Shown here: positions 7,116 to 15,091 of the stretch, piece after piece
Position numbering within the stretch: position 1 is the stretch's first letter
Layout: every line of letters begins with the position of its first letter
Assembly (NCBI GenBank): GCA_030167145.1
Contig: CP126532.1
Location: forward strand, 4,980,001-5,012,000
Direction: 5' to 3'
DNA: 32,000 nucleotides
Source of the DNA: Ktedonobacterales bacterium
GTDB taxonomy: Bacteria > Chloroflexota > Ktedonobacteria > Ktedonobacterales > JADMIN01
Translations under genes and position numbers: made by a program
Notes under the pieces: model-generated
Told to the model about the DNA's origin: nothing
The model's database searches: none
What the model saw: only the letters and a program-made list of their open reading frames with translations

Positions 7116-7506
7116 ATGCGGAGCTCCCAGGTATGCGGAGCTCCCAGGTATGCGGAGCTCCCAGGTATGCGGAGCTCCCAGGTATGCGGAGCTCCCAGGT
7201 ATGCGGAGCTCCCAGGTATGCGGAGCTCCCAGGTATGCGGAGCTCCCAGGTATGCGGAGCTCCCAGGTATGCGGAGCTCCCAGGTATGCGGAGCTCCCAG
7301 GTATGCGGAGCTCCCAGGTATGCGGAGCTCCCAGGTATGCGGAGCTCCCAGGTATGCGGAGCTCCCAGGTATGCGGAGCTCCCAGGTATGCGGAGCTCCC
7401 AGGTATGCGGAGCTCCCAGGTATGCGGAGCTCCCAGGTATGCGGAGCTCCCAGGTATGCGGAGCTCCCAGGTATGCGGAGCTCCCAGGTATGCGGAGCTC
7501 CCAGGT
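7116..7506. repeat. 17-bp tandem repeat ATGCGGAGCTCCCAGGT x23, all copies identical
   Basis: 391 bp equals 23 x 17 exactly, and I can see no mismatch. A 24th partial copy (ATGCG, 7507-7511) forms the first 5 nt of the transposase gene. Each unit contains the 8-bp palindrome GGAGCTCC and an ATG. There are no stop codons in any of the six frames. Confidence 0.98.
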
Positions 7507-8449
7507 ATGCGTGCCTATTCGACCGACCTGAAAGAACGCCTGGTGCGCGCGGTGGCAGCGGGTCAGCCCATGCGAGAAGCCGCGCGCCGCTTTGGAGTGG
7601 CCGTGAATACGGTGAAACGCGCCGTGGTGCAACAGCGCGAGACGGGTTCCCTGGAGCGCAAACCGATTTCCGGCTGCCCGCGCCGCATTGGCCCGGAGCA
7701 GGAAGCCAGTTTGCGCGCGCGGCTGGAAGCCGCGCCCGACGCGACGGTGCTGGAGCACTGTGCCTGGTGGGAGGAGCAGACCGGCCAGGTGTTGAGCGAG
7801 GCCACCATGTGGCGAGCCATGCGCCGTCTGGGCTGGACACATAAAAAAAGCAGTGGCAGCCAGCGAGCGCAACGAGGAGGCGCGGGCAGCTTGGTGCGCG
7901 GCGGTCGTCCGGTTCGACCCCCAGCAGTTCGTCTTTGTCGACGAGAGCAGTACCCACACCTCCTTGACCCACCTCTATGGGTGGGCGCCCCACGACCAGC
8001 GCGCCAGGGGAGCGGTCCCGCGCGAGCACCGCACGAACACGACCTTGGTGGCCGCGCTCACCCCCGACGGGCTGCACGAACCCTGGATGATTGAGGGGGC
8101 GATGAATAGCGAAACCTGCCACTGGTATATCCGGGAGCAGTTGGGGCCAACACTGCGACCCGGGCAGGTGGTGGTGCTGGATAATTTGAGCGTCCATAAG
8201 GCGGCCAGCATCCGGCAGGCGCTGGCCGCCCGTGGCTGCGACCTGCTCTTCTTGCCGCCCTACTCCCCCGACTTCACCCCTATCGAGCAAGCGTTCTCCA
8301 AACTCAAGGCGATCCTGCGCGGGCTGGGCGCTCGCACCCGCGCGGCGTTAGAGCAGGCGGTAGGAGTGGCGGTGGATGCGATCACCCCCCAGGATGCCTC
8401 CGCCTGGTTCGCTCATGCTGGCTACTCCCTCCCTGCTCCACCAACTTGA
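7507..8449 (+). CDS. IS630-family transposase, N-terminal HTH part and C-terminal DDE part in two frames joined at an A7 run (7843-7849)
   Basis: Frame 1 from ATG 7507 reads MRAYSTDLKERLVRAVAAGQPMREAARRFGVAVNTVKR...RLGWTHKK (HTH domains). Frame +1 from 7850 reads AVAASERNEEARAAW...FVFVDESS...VVVLDNLSVHK...PPYSPDFTPIEQAFSKLK up to the TGA at 8447-8449. Removing one A from CAT AAA AAA AGC fuses them in frame. Confidence 0.85.
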
Positions 8450-8658
8450 AAGTTGCTCTAATGCCAATATGTCGTCTGAAGTATGTCGTCCTGAAGTCCT
8501 TGCACTTCCGTCTGCATGGCGATGACTCCCCAAGTGTACCGGTGCAAGGCGACCTGGCGTGCTGGCGTGATATAGTTGCCTCAACTGGCAAGTTTTTCAA
8601 GAGTGGCGCACCAACTATCCCGAAGAATCCCGGCGATTCGAATCAAGTAGGAGCAAGT

Positions 8659-9963
8659 ATGACGGCTGCGGATGCAGTGCGGACAAGTGAGCGTGATGAA
8701 GCGCGTCGCTATGATGTTCTCGTCGTTGGCGGCGGACCCTCCGGGCTGGCAGCAGCCGAGGCCGCCGCCCTGGGTGGGGCACGTGTTGCGCTCCTGGAGC
8801 GACAGAAGGAAATCGGATACCCTATTCATACGAGCGGTGGCAGTTGGGTCAGCGACATGCGTGTACTCGGCATACCAAGCGACCTCTATCACCCTATCCG
8901 CTCGGTCACATTCCTCTCGCCACGCAAATCAGCGACCTTCGCCTACGATGATCCCGTCTGCTGTGTATTGGATGTTCGTGGCGTCTACCAGCATCTCGCC
9001 GGGCGCACTGTCAAGGCAGGCGCCGAACTGCACCCCAATTCTCCTGTGGAAGGGCCGATTCTCGAAGACGGGCGTGTCGTTGGTGTTGTCGCCAAAGATC
9101 ATCGCAACCGGCCAGGCGAATGGCGCGCGCCCGTCGTGATTGACGCCAGCGGCTTCTCCTGCACCCTTTCCACCCGTGCCAATCTGCACGCAGGCTATCG
9201 CCGCTATGGCTACGGCGCGGAATACGACCTGTACGCCCCAAACTACGACCCTGACAGCCTCTATCTCATCATGGGCAGCCAGGTTGCCCCGTCGGGCTAC
9301 GCCTGGGCATTTCCGCGCGGCAAGGGCCGTGTGCGCCTGGGCGTGGGCGTCATTCGCCCAGATGTTGACGCCGATGCGCGCGAATACCTCGACACCTTCA
9401 GCGAACGGCTGCCATCGCTCGCCCCAGCCTTCGCCGGAGCCAGTGCGGTGGAATACCATACCGGTCTCTTTCCATCCGAGGGCGTTGTCCCGCATTTCGT
9501 TGGCGAGGGACTCCTGGCGACCGGCGACGCGGCGGGCCACGGCTCCACCCTGGTAGGTGAAGGCATTCGCTTTGCCATCTACAGTGGCCAGATGGCCGGC
9601 GCAGTAGCCGCCGAGGCCACTCGCGCAGGTGACGCTTCGGCGCGATTCCTGGAACGCTATGAGCGCCAGTGGCGCGCGCGATTTGGGCGTGAGATGGACA
9701 TCTCCTACATGGTGAACCAGCGCATCGCCGCCTGGAGCGATACCCGCTGGGATGAAAGCATGGACCTCCTCAACCGCTTAACGCCCGCGCAGGCAGCCGA
9801 ATTGTTGCGCGGCGACTACAGTGTCGGCCTGTTCCTCGGTGTGCTACGTCGCAACCCGGGGCTGCTGCGCTCTGGCGCGCGCAAGTTCTTTGATGTCGCC
9901 TTCCAGCGGCTCGGCCGTCCCACACCCGTCACTGAAGCCGAGATCGCGACGAGCGGCGCCTAA
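8659..9963 (+). CDS. FAD-dependent oxidoreductase of the geranylgeranyl-reductase family
   Basis: The start is chosen at ATG 8659, with an AGGAG SD at 8648-8652. The N-terminal YDVLVVGGGPSGLAAAEAAALGGARVALLERQ is a Rossmann GxGxxG dinucleotide fold, followed by ...LLATGDAAGH...GEGIRFAIYSG, which is typical of this family. The upstream part of the tracked ORF (8446-8658) abuts and slightly overlaps the IS right end and does not look coding. Confidence 0.8.
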   Translation: MTAADAVRTSERDEARRYDVLVVGGGPSGLAAAEAAALGGARVALLERQKEIGYPIHTSGGSWVSDMRVLGIPSDLYHPIRSVTFLSPRKSATFAYDDPVCCVLDVRGVYQHLAGRTVKAGAELHPNSPVEGPILEDGRVVGVVAKDHRNRPGEWRAPVVIDASGFSCTLSTRANLHAGYRRYGYGAEYDLYAPNYDPDSLYLIMGSQVAPSGYAWAFPRGKGRVRLGVGVIRPDVDADAREYLDTFSERLPSLAPAFAGASAVEYHTGLFPSEGVVPHFVGEGLLATGDAAGHGSTLVGEGIRFAIYSGQMAGAVAAEATRAGDASARFLERYERQWRARFGREMDISYMVNQRIAAWSDTRWDESMDLLNRLTPAQAAELLRGDYSVGLFLGVLRRNPGLLRSGARKFFDVAFQRLGRPTPVTEAEIATSGA

Positions 9964-10016
9964 AACGCCACGGCTGGTGCTGCGCGATATCAGTCAGAGT
10001 TGTAGGGAGGATCCCG

Positions 10017-11498
10017 ATGCTTCCCGGTAACCAACAGCGGCGTGCGGTTACGCAGCAACGCTCGCTCGACTCCGACCTCGCTCGCGCGCTCGCGCACCCT
10101 GTCCGTATCGGCATCCTTCGCTCTCTGCTGGCCGCGCCCGCTGGCCTCACCCCTGCCGCGCTTGCGGAGTCCCTCCAAACCACCACACCCACGATCCACC
10201 GCCACTTGCGCGTTCTGCGAGACCTTGGCGCCGTCTCACCGCCTCCGTCTGGCGCTCGCACGGCTCCCGCACGGCGCGTCACCCTCGCCACGGGGACTCT
10301 CACACATACACTGGCTGCTATGCTCAGCGCTGCCGGAGATGCGCATTCGGCTCCGCCCGCGCTTTCGGCAATCGCTGTCTTTGCCCGTATCCCGCTCGAA
10401 TCCGTTCTTAATTACCTCGCCAGTGGCGTTGCCGTCTACAGTCCGTCCGGTGAGCTGCTGTACATGAATCCCGCCGGCGGACGCATCACGCACCAAAATA
10501 TCATACTTGGCGAGCATGTAGCCGAGCGGCAGCAGCGCTTCTCCTTGCGTTTGCCCGACGGCACGCCCATGCCGGAAGTAGAGTCGCCGTCTGGGCGTGC
10601 GCGGCGCGGCGAGACCTTTGCCGATGTGGAGTGCGTCATCACCGGTCAGCATGGCGAAGAAGCGTATCTGCTCACCAGTGGCGCACCATTGGTAGATTAC
10701 CAGGGCACGATTCAGGGCGCGATTGTCATCTTCTCTGACATCACCCGCATCAAAGCGCTTGATCGCCAGCGCGACGAGTTTTTGAGCATTGCCGCCCACG
10801 AGCTACGGACGCCGCTCACCAGCATCCTCGGCACCCTCCACGTCCTCAACAAGCAAGTAGATCGCATTTCTATCGAACATGAAGGCGAGCGTCTTGCTTT
10901 CGCCAGGGGATTCGCCCGCATCTCCCGGCAATCACAACGCATCAACAAACTTGTCGAGGACATCCTCGACATTACCCGCATCGCGTCAGGCCAGCTCGAA
11001 TTCACCTTCGCTCCACTCGATTTGGTCGCTGTTGCCCAGGAAGCGATAGACGGCCAGGCGCTTATCAACCCCAACCGCGCCATCGCACCATTGCTGCCCG
11101 CCTCCACAGTGGAAATGCGCGGCGATGCCGGCCGGCTAGGGCAAATGTTCGACAACCTCATCTCGAATGCGCTGAAGTACAGCAAGGAAAGTCAGCCGGT
11201 GGAGGTGCGGCTCGCCGTTCTAGGCAATACAGCGCATCTCACTGTCACCGATCACGGCCCTGGCATCCCATCCGAACACCTGGCTCATCTCGGCGAACGC
11301 TTCTTTCGCGTCCCCGGCATGACCGTGCGCTCTGGCTCTGGTTTGGGTCTGGGGCTGGGACTCTTCATCACCTATAACATTGTCGGACGGCACGGAGGCA
11401 AGATCTGGCCCGAATCCAAACCAGGAGTGGGCACAACCTTTCATGTGGAACTGCCGCTCAACATGAAAGCCGCCTCAGCCGCCACGACGGATTCGTAG
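10017..11498 (+). CDS. Cytoplasmic sensor histidine kinase with an N-terminal ArsR-type wHTH and a PAS domain
   Basis: 493 aa. It has LAHPVRIGILRSLL...LTPAALAESLQTTTPTIHRHLRVLRDLGAV (ArsR/SmtB-like) and GVAVYSPSGELLYMNPA...IVIFSDITRIKALD (PAS). The kinase motifs are the H-box LSIAAHELRTPLTSI (His codon 10797-10799), N-box DNLISNALKYS, G1 DHGPGIP and G2 GSGLGLGLGL. I saw no TM segment. A GGGAGGA SD precedes the ATG. Confidence 0.85.
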   Translation: MLPGNQQRRAVTQQRSLDSDLARALAHPVRIGILRSLLAAPAGLTPAALAESLQTTTPTIHRHLRVLRDLGAVSPPPSGARTAPARRVTLATGTLTHTLAAMLSAAGDAHSAPPALSAIAVFARIPLESVLNYLASGVAVYSPSGELLYMNPAGGRITHQNIILGEHVAERQQRFSLRLPDGTPMPEVESPSGRARRGETFADVECVITGQHGEEAYLLTSGAPLVDYQGTIQGAIVIFSDITRIKALDRQRDEFLSIAAHELRTPLTSILGTLHVLNKQVDRISIEHEGERLAFARGFARISRQSQRINKLVEDILDITRIASGQLEFTFAPLDLVAVAQEAIDGQALINPNRAIAPLLPASTVEMRGDAGRLGQMFDNLISNALKYSKESQPVEVRLAVLGNTAHLTVTDHGPGIPSEHLAHLGERFFRVPGMTVRSGSGLGLGLGLFITYNIVGRHGGKIWPESKPGVGTTFHVELPLNMKAASAATTDS

Positions 11499-11684
11499 CG
11501 CCAGAGCTGCTACCTGCGGCATATCCTCTGCGTAGACCCCGTGAGAGGATGATATGGCGAGGACATTGTAATAGCGGTTTTCGCATGCTATAACGGCGGA
11601 GGATACACCGGTCAGATACTTCATTCCTCGCGCACACGCAGCCGAAACCCACCACCGACGACCAGCGAAGACAGGAGCCAGAGC

Positions 11685-12875
11685 GTGCCGAAGCAAAGCG
11701 ACAATACCAGCGGATCCCGGCGGGGATCTAGGATCAGCCCGCGCGACTTTCTGACGTTCTCGACGCTGGCCAAGCTGCCCTCAAATCTGGCAACCATGCG
11801 CCGCTTCATGGGCGCGGTCAACTGGCAAACCGCGCAAGATGATGTGCGTGGTGAGATGCGGCACAAAGTCGCGATCCTCGGTCTGGCGAACTCTGGCAAA
11901 TCCACGCTCTTCAATACCTTGCGCGGACGCTATGAGTCCGCTGTCGCCGCCGAAGAAGGCACCACGAAGACGATGGTGCGCGGTGAGTTCGGCCCATTTC
12001 AATTGATTGATACGCCGGGACACCTGCCCGACGTGCAAGATCAGGCTGTCGAGGAAGCCGCTGCAGTCGTCTATCTGCTCGATGCCTCCCAAGGCCTGCG
12101 GGCACAAGACACCACCATTATCTCGAAGCTACGGCTCTCCGAGAAACCGCTGGTTGTGGCGCTCAACAAAGCCGACCTTCTGCGCGATGGCGCTGACGAA
12201 GCCTCAGCCGAAGCTGCCGCACGCCTGCATATTCGCGACGTGATCCCCATCTCATCGCGCACCGGCGACAACATCGGTGAAGAGTTGATCCCCGCAATCA
12301 TCGAAACCAGCCAGGAGGCCGCGCTAGCGATTGGGCGTGCGCTACCGCAATATCGCCGCCGTGCCGCGAATAAGCTCGTTCGCACCGCCGCGATGGTGAG
12401 TCTCGTCGCTGGCCTTGAGCCAATTCCGCTGATAGACATTCCCGTGCTGCTTGCCAACCAGATTCGCCTGGTCGTTCGCATCGCCGCACTCTATAGTGAA
12501 CCGCTGGGCAGCAAGCCTACTCGCGAGCTATTTGGCACGGTAGGCATGGGGCTGTTCTTCCGCTATTTGGCCGAGCAAGCTGCCAAGGCAGTGCCCTTTG
12601 GCGGCGACCTCATCTCTGGCGCCATTGCTGGCGCGGGCACCTGGGCGCTGGGGCAGGTCGCGGTCGAATACTTCGAGGGCGGCAAGCAGCTCAGCAGCAC
12701 CCAGCTCCGCGAGCTATTCACGCGACTGTATTCCCGCTACCGCTCCGAAGGTGTGGGCGATGAATTGTTCGACGAGGCGCTCAAGCAACAACAACAGCAG
12801 TCCTCACGTGTAACCTACTCGATTCGCGAAGAGCCACCCACACCTGTGGACAGCGACGAGCGTGTGTACCCCTAA
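11685..12875 (+). CDS. P-loop GTPase fused to a C-terminal DUF697-like hydrophobic domain
   Basis: 396 aa starting at GTG with an AGGAG SD 7 nt upstream. Motifs are G1 GLANSGKST, G3 DTPG and G4 NKAD. The C-terminal half (AANKLVRTAAMVSLVAGLEPIPLIDIPVLLANQIRLVVRIAALY...) resembles the YcjF/DUF697 type; the family name is from memory. Confidence 0.8.
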   Translation: MPKQSDNTSGSRRGSRISPRDFLTFSTLAKLPSNLATMRRFMGAVNWQTAQDDVRGEMRHKVAILGLANSGKSTLFNTLRGRYESAVAAEEGTTKTMVRGEFGPFQLIDTPGHLPDVQDQAVEEAAAVVYLLDASQGLRAQDTTIISKLRLSEKPLVVALNKADLLRDGADEASAEAAARLHIRDVIPISSRTGDNIGEELIPAIIETSQEAALAIGRALPQYRRRAANKLVRTAAMVSLVAGLEPIPLIDIPVLLANQIRLVVRIAALYSEPLGSKPTRELFGTVGMGLFFRYLAEQAAKAVPFGGDLISGAIAGAGTWALGQVAVEYFEGGKQLSSTQLRELFTRLYSRYRSEGVGDELFDEALKQQQQQSSRVTYSIREEPPTPVDSDERVYP

Positions 12876-12902
12876 GCAGCGGGTGCAGGAGAGGACTGGA
12901 CT

Positions 12903-13286
12903 GTGGCCCCGGTTTCGATTGTCCTGGCGATCTGCGTCGCGGGCGCCTGTGGCGCGGTGGCGCGCTATCTCCTATCAGAGCGCATTGCCCGTCATTGGCA
13001 GGGGCGTTTTCCCCTGGCGACATTTCTCATCAACGTGACCGGCGCGTTCGCTCTTGGCTTCCTCTTGACGGCTGGCGCAGCGTCCCTCCCAGCGCTGGCG
13101 AACCTGCGCATTGTGATTGGCAGTGGCTTCCTCGGCGGCTACACCACCTTCAGCACCCTCTCTTTTGAGACACACTCATTCACCCGTCGCGGCCAGCACG
13201 CCTCCGCCACACTCAACGCGCTCGGCTCGCTGCTGGCCGGTGTCCTCGCTGCCGCTCTTGGCATCATCCTTGGCCACCTCGTGTAA
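12903..13286 (+). CDS. crcB: Fluoride ion channel CrcB/FluC
   Basis: 127 aa with four hydrophobic helices and the signature GFLGGYTTFSTLSFE. It starts at GTG with a GGAGAGGA SD upstream. Confidence 0.9.
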   Translation: MAPVSIVLAICVAGACGAVARYLLSERIARHWQGRFPLATFLINVTGAFALGFLLTAGAASLPALANLRIVIGSGFLGGYTTFSTLSFETHSFTRRGQHASATLNALGSLLAGVLAAALGIILGHLV

Positions 13287-13300
13287 AGTCGCGCAGTACC

Positions 13301-13801
13301 TCACGCCTCGCGCCACATCTCCATAAAATCGCGTTCGCCGTGAATATTGCGGATGTGAACCGTCCGCACGCGCATAAAGCCCGCACGCTCATAGACACGC
13401 ATCGCGCGCTGGTTGAATGACAGCACGAAGAGACGGAAGCCACTGGGCGCAAACTGCCGCCATGCGAAGTCCAATCCCGCCACCACGAATGCTTCGCCCA
13501 GGCCTTGTCCCGTCAGATCGGGCCGCAGTCCCAGGCCGACCGTGATGCTCTTGCCCTCGCCGTAGAGCGTCGGTGCGCCCATGTCCGTCACCTCAGCCGC
13601 TGTGCCGTAGGCAAAGAACCCCACCAACGACCGGTTCGCGTCATACACCGCATAGTGCGGACTGCGCCGATCCAGCATCTCACTCAGGTCCGCTTCATCC
13701 TCAATGTTGTAGATCGAATAAGGGCCGTCGTAGCGCCACCCGGCGATGGCCCGCGCGTCCGCCTCACTCATCGGCGTGAAGGTCAAACGCATCGGTATCA
13801 T
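13301..13801 (-). CDS. GNAT-family N-acetyltransferase
   Basis: 166 aa with GLGLRPDLTGQGLGEAFV (motif A) and RAMRVYERAGF. Its ATG overlaps the upstream gene's stop (ATGA at 13798-13801). Confidence 0.85.
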   Translation of the reverse strand: MIPMRLTFTPMSEADARAIAGWRYDGPYSIYNIEDEADLSEMLDRRSPHYAVYDANRSLVGFFAYGTAAEVTDMGAPTLYGEGKSITVGLGLRPDLTGQGLGEAFVVAGLDFAWRQFAPSGFRLFVLSFNQRAMRVYERAGFMRVRTVHIRNIHGERDFMEMWREA

Positions 13802-14916
13802 TGCAGCGCCTGCGCCAGATCTTCGATCAGATCATCGTGATGCTCTAAGCCGATGGAGAGTCGCAGTAAATTCTGCGGCGTGCGTGTCTCTGGGCCTTCG
13901 ACGGAAGCGCGGTGCTCGATCAGGCTCTCCGGACCACCCAGGCTCGTTGCGCGCGTAAAGACCCGCACCTGTGCCGCCACCGCCATGGCCCGTGTGGAAT
14001 CGCCGCGCACCTGGAACGAGATCATCCCACCCGGCAGTGTCATCTGCCGTTGTGCCACCGCATAGCCAGCGTGCGTCTCTAATCCTGGATAGTGAACCAC
14101 CTCGACGGCTGGATGCCCGTTCAGGAACCGCGCGACCGCCAGCGCATTTTCAGAGTGGGCGCGCATGCGATACGGTAGCGTGCGGATACCCCGCAACACC
14201 AGCCAGCACTCAAATGGTGACGGTACCGCCCCACCAGTGGTCTGAATGCTCCGCACGCGCCGGAAAAACTCGCTCGCCTCATCTCCAACCACTCCGCCGC
14301 CCAGCACATCGCTATGCCCGCCCAGATACTTGGTCGTCGCGTGAACCACTAAGTCCGCGCCCAGTGCCAGCGGCCGCTGCAAGATCGGCGTTGCCCACGT
14401 GTTATCGCAGACCACCAGCGCCCCCGCCGCATGCGCCAGCGTTGCGAGCGCGGCGATATCCGTAATCTTCAGCAGCGGATTCGAAGGTGTCTCCACCCAG
14501 AGCAGCCGCGTCTCTGGCCGCAGCGCCGCCTGCACCCGCGCCAGATCAGTCATGTCCACGAAATCCATTGCCAGCCCCCAGGGCACGAAGGTTTCGCGCA
14601 GCAGCCGCGCGGTGCCGTGGTACACATCGTCGGGCGCCAGCACATGATCGCCGGGCGCGAGCGCCTGGAACACCGTCATCGCCGCCGCCGAACCTGACGC
14701 GAACGCCGCTGCTCCTGTGCCTCCCTCAAGCGCAGCCAGGCTCGCCTCCAGCGCCGCGCGATTTGGATTGCTCGTGCGGGAATACATATGCCCATGCGGG
14801 TAACTGCCGTCAGGCGCCCGCTCGAATGTTGTAGACAGATGGATTGGCGGCGTCACCGCACCCGTCGCGGGATCTGGCTCCTGGCCAGCATGCACCGCCA
14901 GCGTCTCGATTCTCAT
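13798..14916 (-). CDS. Cys/Met-metabolism PLP-dependent enzyme (cystathionine gamma-synthase/lyase, beta-lyase family)
   Basis: 372 aa with ETLAVHAGQ...PPIHLSTTF...YSRTSNPNR and the PLP-lysine motif ATTKYLGGHSDVLGG. Confidence 0.9.
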   Translation of the reverse strand: MRIETLAVHAGQEPDPATGAVTPPIHLSTTFERAPDGSYPHGHMYSRTSNPNRAALEASLAALEGGTGAAAFASGSAAAMTVFQALAPGDHVLAPDDVYHGTARLLRETFVPWGLAMDFVDMTDLARVQAALRPETRLLWVETPSNPLLKITDIAALATLAHAAGALVVCDNTWATPILQRPLALGADLVVHATTKYLGGHSDVLGGGVVGDEASEFFRRVRSIQTTGGAVPSPFECWLVLRGIRTLPYRMRAHSENALAVARFLNGHPAVEVVHYPGLETHAGYAVAQRQMTLPGGMISFQVRGDSTRAMAVAAQVRVFTRATSLGGPESLIEHRASVEGPETRTPQNLLRLSIGLEHHDDLIEDLAQALQ

Positions 14917-15091
14917 GCGTGCCTCCTGAACAGCTTTCCCGCTGGCTATTGAACGACTACTCAGCAGTATAGCACCTACCCCCTCGCATCCTGTGGCAAC
15001 ACTTCTCAGCTAATTTTCACCCAACACCGCCAGCCATATGACTATCCTATGGCAGAGTATGTCCGCCTGCCTTCATCGTGAGGTGCCTTTC

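Larger units (their letters stand above)
7079..8460 (+). mobile_element. IS630/Tc1-mariner-family insertion sequence with TA target duplication
   Basis: The left end TA|GAGCAACTTGCGAG (7079-) matches the reverse complement of the right end TA|GAGCAACTTTCAAG (-8460): 9 perfect terminal bp, 12/14 overall. TA is present on both flanks. Inside is a DDE transposase with D(FVDES)...D(VLDN)-35 aa-E(PIEQAF). The element is 1382 bp, of which 391 bp are an internal tandem array. Confidence 0.88.

Noticed and set aside
7116-7506. Possible CRISPR array, given its regular short repeats.
   Set aside because: The repeats are directly abutting with no spacers, the unit is only 17 bp, and there are no cas genes in the window. 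The same reasoning excludes the 28.6-29.2 kb locus, whose repeats are 9-bp doublets with irregular, mutually related intervening sequence rather than unique spacers.
7039-8290. Long ORFs on both strands running through the 17-bp array (7039-8094 +, 7116-7844 +, 7088-7531 +, 7070-8290 -, 7114-7959 -), which encode perfectly periodic 17-aa repeat peptides.
   Set aside because: They exist only because the 17-bp unit lacks stop codons in all six frames. All three forward frames encode the same cyclic peptide. The minus-strand ORFs are antisense to a clearly recognisable transposase. I do not accept them as independent repeat proteins, although in-frame initiation upstream of the transposase is discussed as a finding.
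8468-8496. Imperfect tandem duplication TATGTCGTCTGAAG / TATGTCGTCCTGAAG immediately outside the IS630 right end.
   Set aside because: It has only two copies with an indel. It fits the general slippage pattern of this genome and is not part of the IS, since the TA duplication and the IRR end at 8460. It is not reported as a separate feature.
8628-8650. tRNA-like T-loop string 'ggcgattcgaatcaag' upstream of the reductase gene, and 'ccggttcgaccccc' at 7907-7920.
   Set aside because: The flanking bases do not form a T-stem, and no acceptor or anticodon arms can be drawn. The second string lies inside the transposase coding region.
12876-12902. Looked for a fluoride riboswitch (crcB motif RNA) upstream of crcB.
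   Set aside because: Only 27 nt separate the GTPase stop and the crcB GTG, which is too short for the ~50-60-nt aptamer. The 3' end of the upstream coding region shows no obvious match to the conserved pseudoknot segments as I remember them. crcB is more likely co-transcribed with the GTPase gene.
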